From Schizochytrium sp. TIO01 (taxonomy: Eukaryota; Protista; Bigyra: Labyrinthulomycetes): a stretch of DNA of 64,000 nucleotides. Below the pieces are notes generated by a model. The model did no database searches and was not told the origin of the DNA. It saw only the letters and a list, made by a program, of their open reading frames with translations. Within the stretch, counting starts at the first letter, position 1. Each line of letters starts with the position of its first letter. The DNA is taken from contig SMSO01000031.1 of assembly GCA_004764695.1 (NCBI GenBank), positions 1,464,436 to 1,528,435 on the forward strand, read 5' to 3'. The position numbers and the translations under genes are program-made. Positions 21,357 through 32,139 of this stretch are shown here, piece after piece.

Positions 21357-21763
21357 AACAGACGTCGTCTCCTTTGCCAATGGACCCACACTGGTACTCA
21401 GGCTATGAGTCCCTTCAGTCTCACATGGACCACAGCAAGGAGTCGCACTGGGGAGGCTACAGTGGAGAGCTTGTGCAATAGTCCCCTCGGAGGGAGACTA
21501 TGGATACTGCTTACGTCGTCGGCACCATCATCTCGAACTTGTGCTCCTGAAAACAAGAGAGCACACGACAGATTGGTGGTGTCCTTTGGATCCAATATGG
21601 AAGAGGGCACCGATTCTGAAAACTTGTATGTGGCTGTGGAGCGCAGGGTAGAAAGGGGGGGTAGACACTGTTGGAAAGTGTGAGGGGCTACGGGGACAGC
21701 ATGGGAGTTAGTGCCGAATCGAAGGCCGCAGAGTGGAGGAAGAGCGGCGCAAAGTAGACTTTG
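21357..21763 (+). ncRNA. Candidate structured non-coding RNA of unknown family (alternative: 152-aa minus-strand ORF 21398-21856)
   Basis: GC-rich island in AT/SSR-rich surroundings. Bulged hairpin of >20 bp at 21521-21583, a 10-bp hairpin at 21478-21501 and several further stems; G-U pairs favour the + strand. No known-family motif recognised. Confidence 0.3.
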
Positions 21764-22116
21764 GGGGCACCTCAAGTGGAGCATTCGTGTCCGCAAGTAG
21801 ACTATAGCAGCGGCAAGTAGAGTATCCGCGACCCATAGAAGCCGTCTTCTGAGCATGCTCTGTTCCTTCGTACAATCGAGAACGAGAGAACGAAAGAAGA
21901 TAGAACGGATCGTTTGTTGTAAAATAATGAAACTAAGGGTGAGAAAAACAAAGAATCAAAGAATCAAAGTGGATCTCTCGAATCTCGAGTGTTTGGAGGC
22001 CGCTCATTGAGAAGGGAAGAGCGCAGAAGAGACACAGACACACACAGAGAGTGCCGCTCCTTCCGAGTCCAGTCTGCCAATCCTCACTTTTCCCTCTGCC
22101 TTTATGCCTTTCATCG

Positions 22117-22118
<2 letters not shown>

Positions 22119-22159
<41 letters not shown>
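22119..22159. repeat. (CT)n microsatellite
   Basis: Direct reading. Confidence 0.9.
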
Positions 22160-22162
<3 letters not shown>

Positions 22163-25100
22163 CGATGGTTACGCAATGCGATTGCATCTGCCAAAGAGAG
22201 GGCACAAAGGGCCTTAAAGGCGACGTCGCATGCTGACGAAAGCACGGCAATAGGGAGTAAGGAGGAGGAAGAGGATATCCTGGAAGGTCGCAGGGGACCC
22301 GCGAAGGCCTGATGACGAAAGCATGCTAGGCCGGCCAGCTAAGGGAAATGGTGCTTCTGCTTCTCATGTTTGGTTTTAGTTTACTTTGTTTCGTGTGCAA
22401 TGCAATGCTTTTATTGTAAGTTCAGCTTTTCTGTTTTAGTTTAATTAAATTAAAATCGATAGAATAATCATCGCTTCTTTTTCACTTTAAACATTATTGA
22501 ATTTTTGAATTTAATGATAAAAAGTTGTCCGGCACTGTGAGTGATAGAGCACGGACATATTATGTATGATTGAATTGTAGATGGCGTCTTTCTTTTTTGT
22601 CTTTCGTTCGCTTATTCATTCATTCGCTCGTCCACTCTTTCTGCTCCTTCAAGTTGAAGAGTCTTGCGAGCGAAAGCATTTGACAGAGGGAAAATCGTTG
22701 CTTGCTTGTTTGCAGCTAGCGAAGGAAGCAAGAGGAATTAAACGTGGCAGTGGCTTGAAGAGCTGCCACTCTGGGTATGATGAAGATCCATCCATCTTGA
22801 TGCCTTCTTGGTTGGGTTTTAGTTGTTTATAAATTCTCTTCCAAGTTTCGCAGATCGCTGAAAGCTTTGATTTGAAGATGCCACATACAACATCTTGTAT
22901 ACTAGCCATCAAGAATGGGTGCTTAGTTTAGTTTGGTTTGGTTTTCAGGATTCTAAATCATTCAACGCAAGTCGCAATTTTCCGGAAGCAGGATCAGGTT
23001 GTTCTGCTTCAAACGGATCAAATCCCCCACGTGCAGATTGCATCGTGAAGGAGTGAACTTACATCCACAAGGTTTCTGAGGCTAAAAGCAAATATTTTCA
23101 GTTCCGATTTTGTGCAGATCAGATGATTGTAATGTTTCGTTTTTATCTCTTCTTCTGTCTCCACACCATTTACTATGAAATCGAAAAGCCACTATGGCTT
23201 CATAGAAACCCCGAATCAGGGTCCAATCCTCTTGATTAAATCAAGTATCTACTCAGAACGTATAAACAGTTGCCGCCATTTCATGAAAGAATATGACTTT
23301 GTTTAATGATGAACGAGGATGCCTTGGAGAGTGTGCTTGAAGTTTGGAATTCTTAACCTTTCGAGCCCAGTAACTCCCCTTATAAGAGCAAGACTATTAA
23401 CAACGTATAGCTCAAAAATTGCCACGGCAAGAAGGTCCACCGATTTCCTTTATAAAGGACCCATTAATTGTATTTCCGCTCATTGCATTTGTGCTTCCAT
23501 TCTAGCTTCAATAATGATGCGCTACGCTGCTCAGGTAGAATTATAGGGAATATTACTTTTAAGACACCAAAACAAGATCTGATCTGCTTTTTGATGTCGT
23601 CAGGTGTTCGCGCGAAGGATTTCTCCTATCTCAATTGATATTTTTCCTTATTTGAAGAAAGAGCGCAGAGGCATGAAGGATTTAGAACAACCAAGCAAAT
23701 GAGCCGATGATCACAGTCACATGTCCCCACACAGGTTCTGAAGGAATCAATGAATTAGAGTGGATTGCAGGAGTTACAACAGGAATTACCTACCTATAAT
23801 ATATCTAGTGGAGGAAAGGGAAGATAAGCAGCGCGGAAACTGGCATTTTCTATGCTACAAAGTAAGAAATTGTGCAGTGCTAGCGAAAGGTGACAGAAAG
23901 GAATTTATACTTGAGAAAGATAATGTTGGTCAGCTGGAACCTGAATGTAAAGATGCAAGCAAGAGTCTTGATGCAAGCTTTAAGAAAGTTGATTTTAAGA
24001 GTTAGCGAACTGCTCTGCTATACAGGAAATGAATCCCAGAGCAGACTGATTCATTAATCAAACTAACCCCACCAAGTATCTCTAACACAGCTCAAGAAGG
24101 ACTTGGCCTCCTAATTACTACAACCCCTTCAACCATCAACCCAAGCTACACCATACTTGGCTCTAGGAATTGTGTAGTCATACCCTTGGTTCTTAGCTCT
24201 ATGTCTGATTGTCTGATTCTGCTTTATTGTCGCCCCTACATCTATGAGATCTTTACAAAGGGACGCCAAGAACTCTAGCAATGTCTTGTCCACTAGTTCC
24301 TTCGATGGGAGATCTCAGCACTGATATCTAAATACATTGAATTATTACAGCATCAAGCTTCAATTTCATTTATAGAAACACAGAGGAAAACTGTGATGAC
24401 CAAACAGAGTAGATTTAAGCAAAAAGAGGTGCTCAAAAAGTGCAGAGAATAGAAACGAGTGAAGCTCCGATCATTACTTTTGGCCTGTAGTAGGCAGCCA
24501 TATAACCCTTTACACTTGACTTAAAGGATTACAGAAGCAAAAGAATTTCACTTATTTATAATCTTACCTTTCCGCTAATTTATCTATGACAAAAAAGAAA
24601 CCTAAACTGCTCATTGGCAAGCCCAAAAGAGTTCTCCATGAAATTAACGAAGTGAACTTTCTATACTGAAGAAAGTTTGCATCCTCTTTGGAGAAAGCTC
24701 GTGTATCCTAGTCACTACAACACTGAGTACTTGATGGTTACATTTGCAGAGATAGATCATAAAACCCGAAGATCACTGCAAAATTTGTGTATTTGAAAGC
24801 ATTCAGAGACCAGATTGTAACTTTTCGGTATTAATGAATGAACAAAGATTGCACTTTTTTTATGACATGAGTTTCACATATCATATTATTCAAAAATGGG
24901 AAGACAATAGACCTCATTGTCTTGCCAAATACGACACATCATCGGTCACAGCCCAAATCAGCCCCAGGCTTTAATACCCCCATTCACAATATACCTCAAC
25001 AGCAGAAATCAACCTATAATCTACTTATCTACTTCAAACATTGAGGCCAAATTTAATACTTCACAACTTCAAAAGTCATGCAAGACGATTGCTATAGCGA

Positions 25101-25323
25101 AAAAATACGTGCAAACGAAGAATACCTTTACGAACATATAATGTCGCTCAAACGGTAAAATGGTTTTGTCAGAAATTCAACTCTTGTTCAACTTCCGCGA
25201 ATATATGATTTATCTTTTAACAATAATTCAGACAGATCTCCGTGTCCTTACCCTGAATCCAGGCATCTCAAACGCACAGCTTTTGCAGAGGAAGAAATAA
25301 GATGAACTTTAGATTAGTAAGCA

Positions 25324-27234
25324 CTATCCAATAGTCTTTCTCTGCTTCTGTCTGCTCCTGCGTGCGCTCTCCTCCTCATTCGAGTTTCTCATATTTGTAT
25401 CTATCACCCGCTTCTTGTCTTCATCAGAAATCTTTGTTATTGTCTGCATGGCCGACAACAGAACTTCTTCACTTATATAATGAGCTTGCATTGACTCTCC
25501 AAGGATATCATATATTCTGAAGTCGCCCACAAGTCTCTTGCGAGTCTCATCATCTTTTGCAAGCTCTCTTAATATAGAATAAGCGAGCTTCTGAGCTACC
25601 GCATTGTTCAGATTGGTTTTCATGATTCGTATTACCTTTTCGCTAACCTCGAAAATTTTCACCAGGAATTTTGAACTTGGACAGCTACCAAAAAGCTCCG
25701 CCAATTCCTCTAAGTACTGCATCTGCATATTAGGATCATTCCAGTCCATGTTTTCCTGAACTAAATCGAGGACAGTGTCAAGATCAATTCGTTGCAAAAC
25801 TACAATGAGCTCATCTAAGGAATAATCAAAAGAAGTCATACCTTTGAATGCTCTGTATGCAACATCTCGAGCAGCAGCGTTCGCTACATGTGTCTTGAGA
25901 GCCATGCAGATGTATAATACTGCGTTGAGATCTTGAGAAAGAATCTTTCGATTACGGGCATTGTCATACGTAAAGTTTGCAAGCGCACCACATGCATATT
26001 TTTGCACAATGACATCTTCGCGGTGATTGCGCATGGCCTCGACAATGGCTGCCCCGGCCTTGAGCTCTTGACAAAGAATCACTCGATTTCGAGCATTGCC
26101 ACAAGTAAAATTCCCAAGCGCATCACACGCCACTTGTCGATGCACCACATCCTCCCTGGGATTGGACATTTCACGAAACAGCTCTTTTAGACGAGCAATG
26201 TTACAAGCAGGACTTGCAAGCGCATCACATGCCTTTTTTTGCACAATGGCATCTTCGCGATGGTTATGCATGGCCTCGCCAATGTCTGCCCCGGCATTGA
26301 GCTCTTGCCGTCGCTCACGATGATTGCCAAAAGTAAAGTTTTTTTGCACAATGGCATCTTCGCGGTGGTTATGCATGGCTTCGCCAATGTCTGCCCCGGC
26401 ATTGAGCCCTTGTCGTCGCTCACGATAATTGCCAAAAGTAAAGTTCTCTAGCACAAGACACGCCTTCCTTTGTAGCTCCGCATCCCCCCTATGATTGAGC
26501 ATGGCCTCGGCAATGTCTGCCCCGGCTTTGAACTCTTGACAAAGAATCTCTTGATTGCGAGCATTGTCCAAAGCAAAACTCCTAAGCGCACCACATGCAC
26601 TTTGTTGAAGCATCACATCCCCCCTGTGATTGCGCATGGCCTTGACAACGTATGCCCCGGCATCGAGGTCTTGACAAAGAAGCTCTTGATTACGAGCATT
26701 CTCAAAAGCAAGACTTTCAAGCGCACCACATGCATTTCGTTGTAGCACCACATCTTCTCTGTGATTGCGCATGGCCTCGACAATGTCTGCCCCGGCATTG
26801 AGACCTTGACAAAGAATCTCTCGATTGCGAGCATTGTCACAAGTAAAGTTCGCTAGCACAACACATGCCTTTTGCTGTACCATGGCATCCTCCCTGTGAT
26901 TGCGCATGGCCTCGACAATGTCTGCCCCGGCATGGAGCTCTTGACAAAGCAGCTCTCGATTACGAGTATTGCCACTAGTAAACCTTGCAATCGCAAGACA
27001 TGCATTATGTTGTAGCACTGCATCCCCCCTGTGATTGCGCATGGCCTTGACAAGTGCTTGACTTACTTGACGGCAAGAGGCCTCAGAAGAGCCATCGTTA
27101 GTGGCAGCAAGTGTAGCAATAGCCCTGCACGCTTCCTGTTGAAGCGCTGCATTCTCAAGATATAACTCCATGGTTTTTGCGATGGGCCCAAGCACTTGGC
27201 TCGGTGCGCCCGGACGCTCTTCGCTGGCGCTCAT
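25324..27234 (-). CDS. Armadillo (ARM)-repeat protein, copy 1 (636 aa)
   Basis: Intact ORF. About 9 units of a 45-aa repeat AGADIVEAMRNHREDxxVQxxACxALxNFxxxNARNREILCQELN (typical ARM pattern), some with in-frame deletions, plus N- and C-terminal caps. Confidence 0.88.
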   Translation of the reverse strand: MSASEERPGAPSQVLGPIAKTMELYLENAALQQEACRAIATLAATNDGSSEASCRQVSQALVKAMRNHRGDAVLQHNACLAIARFTSGNTRNRELLCQELHAGADIVEAMRNHREDAMVQQKACVVLANFTCDNARNREILCQGLNAGADIVEAMRNHREDVVLQRNACGALESLAFENARNQELLCQDLDAGAYVVKAMRNHRGDVMLQQSACGALRSFALDNARNQEILCQEFKAGADIAEAMLNHRGDAELQRKACLVLENFTFGNYRERRQGLNAGADIGEAMHNHREDAIVQKNFTFGNHRERRQELNAGADIGEAMHNHREDAIVQKKACDALASPACNIARLKELFREMSNPREDVVHRQVACDALGNFTCGNARNRVILCQELKAGAAIVEAMRNHREDVIVQKYACGALANFTYDNARNRKILSQDLNAVLYICMALKTHVANAAARDVAYRAFKGMTSFDYSLDELIVVLQRIDLDTVLDLVQENMDWNDPNMQMQYLEELAELFGSCPSSKFLVKIFEVSEKVIRIMKTNLNNAVAQKLAYSILRELAKDDETRKRLVGDFRIYDILGESMQAHYISEEVLLSAMQTITKISDEDKKRVIDTNMRNSNEEESARRSRQKQRKTIG

Positions 27235-27599
27235 CCTGGCAGAGCTTGCTCTTTCTTATCTAGCTAGCTACGCCTCGTCAAGGTTCGAATAACTCGTGTC
27301 TATGATAGACTTCTCAGAGTATGGGTATTGTTGTAGTTGCTTCTGTCTCTGCGGGCCGCCAGCAGATTCCAAGCAACATTGAAGGTTGCAAGCTTGAGAG
27401 CGCGAGAACGCTCTCAAATACTAATACTACTAGGTATTACTATTAGGTACTGTAGCTACTACTATTACGATTACTAATACCCACTACTAATGTACCTGTC
27501 TAACTCTCTCTCACAACTAATCCGACTACACTAACCAGCCAGTAGGTAGGTACTAGCTCATAATAAATACTGGCACCTTTCAAGGTTCTTCTGCTGTAG

Positions 27600-28022
27600 C
27601 ACTTCAGATAAGTACTCCTAACTCTGTAGATGGTGCGCTTTTGTTCTCTAATGAGTTTCTTACTCCACGATCTGAATATTCAAGCTCCTGATAATAAATT
27701 TCATGATCGGAAGCATCGTCTCCGTAACTGCATCGAGCTTTTGAGCAGTAGTATCTTCATGGCGATTGCTCATGGCCTGAGCTCATGATAATGTACCCCA
27801 CCAACGTGAACATTACCATAAGTAAAGTTTGTAAGCGCACTACATGCAACTTGTTGTACAATTTCCATGACGATTTCGTATGACCCCAACAATGTCTGCA
27901 CCAGCCTTGAGTTCTTGACAAACAGTTCACGGTTACGAGTATTGTTACAATTATAGTTCATAAACACACCCAATCTCGTTCCATTCCATTGTAAAATGAC
28001 ATCTGCAAGGCGATTGCGCATA
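27600..28022 (-). pseudogene. Decayed ARM-repeat fragment
   Basis: Frame-broken ARM remnants MRNRLADVILQ...NTRNRELF...VQQVACSALTNFTYGN. Confidence 0.75.
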
Positions 28023-28783
28023 TCCGTACCAATTTATCGCGCTGATGATGAAATGAAGTAGGTTTGAGCAACAATAAGGCGCAAAGAAAGTGCAGAGACT
28101 AGAAATGAGTGAAGTTCCGGTGATTACTTTTGATCTTAGTAGTAGGAAGCCATATAACAATTTTGTACCTGACTTCAAGGAGGGATGAACAGAAGGACTT
28201 CACAAATTTATAAGTCTACCTTTTTTTCTTAATTTATTCATCACAAAAACGAACTGAAAGTGTTCATTGGCAAAACCAAAAGACTTATCAATGAGATTAA
28301 CTAAGTGAATTCTATACTGAAGAAAGTTTAAGTCCTCTTTGGAGAAAGCTCGTGTATCCTAGTCACTACACGACTGAGTACTTGATGGTTACATTTGCAG
28401 AAATAGATCATAAAGCCGAAACCGAAGATCATCGCAAAATTTGTGTATTTGAAAGCATTCGGAGACCAGGTATTAATGAATAAACAATATACCTCAACAG
28501 CAGAAATCAACCTATAATATACTTCAAACATTGAGCCGAAGTCTAATAATTCACAACTTTAAAAGTCATGCAACACGTTTTCTGTAGCTGGATACATATA
28601 ATGTCGCTCAAACGGTAAAATAGTTTTGTCATAAATTCAACTCTTGTTCAACTTCCGCGAATATATGATTTATCTTTTAAGAACAATTTAAGCAGGTCTC
28701 CGTGTCCTTACCCTGAATCCAGGCATCTCAAACGCACAGCTTTTGCAGAGGAAGAAATAAGATGAACTTTAGATTAGTAAGCG

Positions 28784-30900
28784 CTATCCAATAGTCTTTC
28801 TCTGCTTCTGTCTGCTCCTGCGTGCGCTCTCCTCCTCATTCGAGTTTCTCATATTTGTATCTATTACCCGCTTCTTGTCTTCATCAGAAATCCTTGCTAT
28901 CGTCTGCATGGCCGACAACTGAACTTCTTCACTTATGAGATGAGCTTGCATTGACTCTCCAAGGATATCATATATTCTGAAGTCGCCCACAAGTCTCTTG
29001 CGAGTCTCATCATCTTTTGCAAGCTCTCTTAATATAGAATAAGCGAGCTTCTGAGCTACCGCATTGTTCAGATTGGTTTTCATGATTCGTATTACCTTTT
29101 CGCTAACCTTGAAAATCTTCACCAGGAATTTTGAACTTGGACAGCTACCAAAAAGCTCCGCCAATTCCTCCAAGTACTGCGTCCGCATATTAGGATCATT
29201 CCAGTCCATGTTTTTCTGAACTAAACCGAAGACGCTGTCAAGATCAATTCGTTGCAAAACTACAATGAGCTCATCTAAGGAATAATCAAGTGAAATAATA
29301 CCTTTGAGTGCTTTGTACGCAGCATCTCGAGGAGCAGCGTTCGCTACATGTGCCTTGAGAGCCATGCAGATGTATAATACTGCGTTGAGGTCTTGACAAA
29401 GAATTTTTCGATTACGAGCATTGCGACGAGTAAAGTTCCTAAGCGCACGACACGCATATTCTTGCACAATTGCATCTTCGCGGTGATTTGCATGGCCTCG
29501 ACAATGTCTGCCCCAGCCTTGAGCTCTTGACAAAGAATCTCTCGATTACGAGCATTGCCCACAGTAAAGTATGCAAGCGCACGACACGCATATTCTTGCC
29601 CAATTGCATCTTCGCGGTGATTGCGCATGGCCTCGACAATGTCTGCCCCGCCATTGAGCTCTTGACAAAGAAGCTCTCGATTGCGAGCATTGTTAGAAGC
29701 CAAATTCGCAAGCGCTTCACATGCTTTTTTTTGCACAATGGCATCTTTTCGGTGATTGCACATGGCCTTGACAATGTCTGCCCCAACATTGAGCTCTTGA
29801 CAAAGAATCTCTCGATTACGAGCATTGCCCAAACTAAAGTATGCAAGCGCACGACATGCATACTTTTGCACCTTGACATTTTCGCGGTGATTGCGCATGG
29901 CCTCGACAATGTCTGCCCCGGCATTGAGCTCTTGACAAAGAATCTCTCGATTACGAGCATTGCCCAAACTAAAGTATGCAAGCGCACGACATGCATATTT
30001 TTGCACCTTGACACTTTCGCGGTGATTTTGCATGGCCTTGACAATGTCTGCCCCAGCCTTGAGCTCTTGACAAAGAATCTCTCGATTGAGAGCATTGTTA
30101 CAAGCAAAATTTGCAAGCGCTTCACATGCTTTTTTTTGCACAATGGCATCTTTGCGGTGATTGCGCATGGCCTCGACAATGTCTGCCCCGCCATTGAGCT
30201 TTTGACAAAGAATCTCTCGATTGCGAGCATTGTTAGAAGCCAAATTCGCAATCGCCTCACATGCTTTTTTTTGCACAATGGCATCTTTCCGGTGATTGCG
30301 CATGGCCTCGACAATGTCTGCCCCGGCATTGAGCTCTTGACAAAGAATCTCTCGATTGTGATCATTGCCCCAAGTAAAATTCCTAAGCGCACGACACGCC
30401 TTTTGTTGTAGCAACACATTCCACCTGTGATTACGCATGGCCTCGACGATGGCGGCCCCGGCCTTGAGCTCTTGACAAAGCAGCTCTCGATTGCGAGCAT
30501 TGTCACAGGTAAAGTTCGTAAGCGCGCGACACGCACTTTGTTGTAGCACCACATCCCCCCTGTAATTGCGCATGGCATCGACAATGTCTGCCCCGGCATT
30601 GAGCTCTTGACAAAGCAGCTCCCGATTACGAGTGTTACTACTAGTAAACTCTGCAAGCGCAAGACATGCATTCTGTTGTACATTGATATCTTCGCGGTGA
30701 TTCCGCATGACCTTGACAAGTGCTTGACTTAATTGACGGCAAGAAGCCTCAGAAGATCCATCGCTAGTGGCAGCAAATGAAGCAATAGCCCTGCACGCTT
30801 CCTGTTGAAGCGCTGCATTCTCAAGATATAACTTCATGGCTTTTGCGATGGGCCCAAGCACTTGGCTCGGTGCGCCAGGACGCTCTTCGCCGGCGCTCAT
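28784..30900 (-). CDS. Armadillo-repeat protein, copy 2 (~705 aa if the 1-bp frameshift at ~29488 is corrected; otherwise a pseudogene)
   Basis: ATG at 30900 (MSAGEERPGAPSQVLG) is homologous to copy 1. Ten 135-bp repeats. ORFs 29344-31170 and 28784-29533 join by adding one T (ggtgaTTTg at ~29488 vs ggtgaTTTTg at ~30026); the span is 2117 nt, and 2117+1 = 706 codons. Confidence 0.8.
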
Positions 30901-31259
30901 CTTGGCAGGGCTTGCTCTTTCTTCTCTAGCTACGCCTCGCCAAGGTTCGAATAACTCGTGTCTATGAGAGGCTGGTCTGAGTATGGGTATTGATGTAGTT
31001 TCTTCTGTCTCTGCGGGCCGCCAGGAAAGCAACATCGAAGGTTGCAAGCTTGAGAGCGCGAGAACGCTCTCAAATACTACTACTACTACCATACTGTGTA
31101 AGCTTCTATTAGCTACTGCTAGTACTACTACTACCATTACTACTACCACCTGTCCAACTCTCTCTCTCAACTAATCCGACTACATTAACCAGCTAGTAGG
31201 TAGGTACTAGCTCATGATAAATTCTAGCACCTTCTGCCGTAGCACTTCAGATAAGTACT

Positions 31260-31960
31260 CCTAACTATGTAGATGGTGCGCTTTTGTTCTCCAACGAGTT
31301 CCTGACTATTCAAGCTCCTGACAATAAATTTCATAATTGAGAACGTAACTGCACCGAGCTCTTGTGCAATAGCATCTTCACGGTGATTGCTCATGACCTG
31401 AGCTCATGATAATGTACCCTTCAAATGCGAGCATTGTCACAAGTAAAGTTTGTAAACGCACTACATGCAATTTGTTGTACAATTTGCATGACGATTTTGC
31501 ATGACGATTTCGCATGCCCTCACCAATGTCTGCACCAGCCTTGAGCTCTTGACAAAGAGTTCACGGCTACGAAGTTTGGTACAAGTAAATTCCCTGAACA
31601 CACCCAATATCGATCCACTTCTCTGTAAAATAACCTCGGCAAGGCAATTGCGCATGTCCTCAACAGTTTATTCACCAGCTTTAAATTATTGACAAAGCAT
31701 GTCACGATTATGACCATTGTCTGTTGTAAAGCTCCCAAGCGCAATATATGCTTTCTGTTGTAGAACTACGTCTTTTTACTGATTGCGCATGGTCTTGATG
31801 AGAGATAAACCTATCAAATGACAGAAGACGATACAGGAACCCTCGCACGCAGCAGCAAGTCTAGCGAATACTTCGCAACTACTCTGATGAATATGAGCAC
31901 TAACTTTGTGGCTTTCACCATGGGATCGTGGACCTGACTGAGTGTTTTTTTTTGACACGA
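31260..31960 (-). pseudogene. Decayed third ARM-repeat paralog (N-cap plus ~3 repeats)
   Basis: Fragments LSQVHDPMVKATKL, SCEVFARLAAACEGS...LSLIKTMRNQ and MRNCLAEVILQRS...FREFTCTKLRSREL align to the ARM N-cap/repeats with several frameshifts. Confidence 0.75.
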
Positions 31961-32139
31961 AGGCATGGAATATTGAAATCCTAAGATTCTCAACAACCAG
32001 TTCTGGTTTTCAAAGTTCACCAGTTTCTGCTCTACATGCCTCACAGAAACTTCTAGGTTTAATGACCATCAGTCAGGATGCATACGCATTCTTATAAGAT
32101 CGTGTGCGTGGGCTGGAGGAAGGTGGCCAAGGTCTATTG

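Larger units (their letters stand above)
24410..31660. repeat. Tandem segmental duplication (two units of ~3.6 kb, each an ARM gene + flanks + ARM relic)
   Basis: 24430ff (aaagtgcagagaatagaaacgagtgaagctccga) matches 28087ff; 25140-25323 matches 28600-28783; 27240-28022 matches 30905-31655. Junction near 28022-28060. Confidence 0.9.

Noticed and set aside
21478-21691. RNase MRP P4-like pair (AGTCCCC / GGGGCT) and group I intron P7-like words
   Set aside because: GAAAG of CR-I is missing, CR-IV/CR-V context is wrong, and the P7-like elements are adjacent and in the wrong order.
22700-24400. Possible decayed gene or retroelement fragment
   Set aside because: Only short stop-riddled frames; no RT, integrase or other recognisable motif.
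27281-27290. GGTTCGAA T-loop/B-box-like motif (also ~30944)
   Set aside because: No cloverleaf around it; lies in the ARM gene leader.
29439-30719. Alternative-frame and antisense ORFs over the ARM repeats (426 aa, 313 aa)
   Set aside because: By-products of a stop-free 135-bp tandem repeat.
30901-31170. Hydrophobic N-terminal extension (poly-V) of ARM copy 2 resembling a signal peptide
   Set aside because: TTG start and (TAG/GTA)n microsatellite origin; the homologous region of copy 1 has an in-frame stop.
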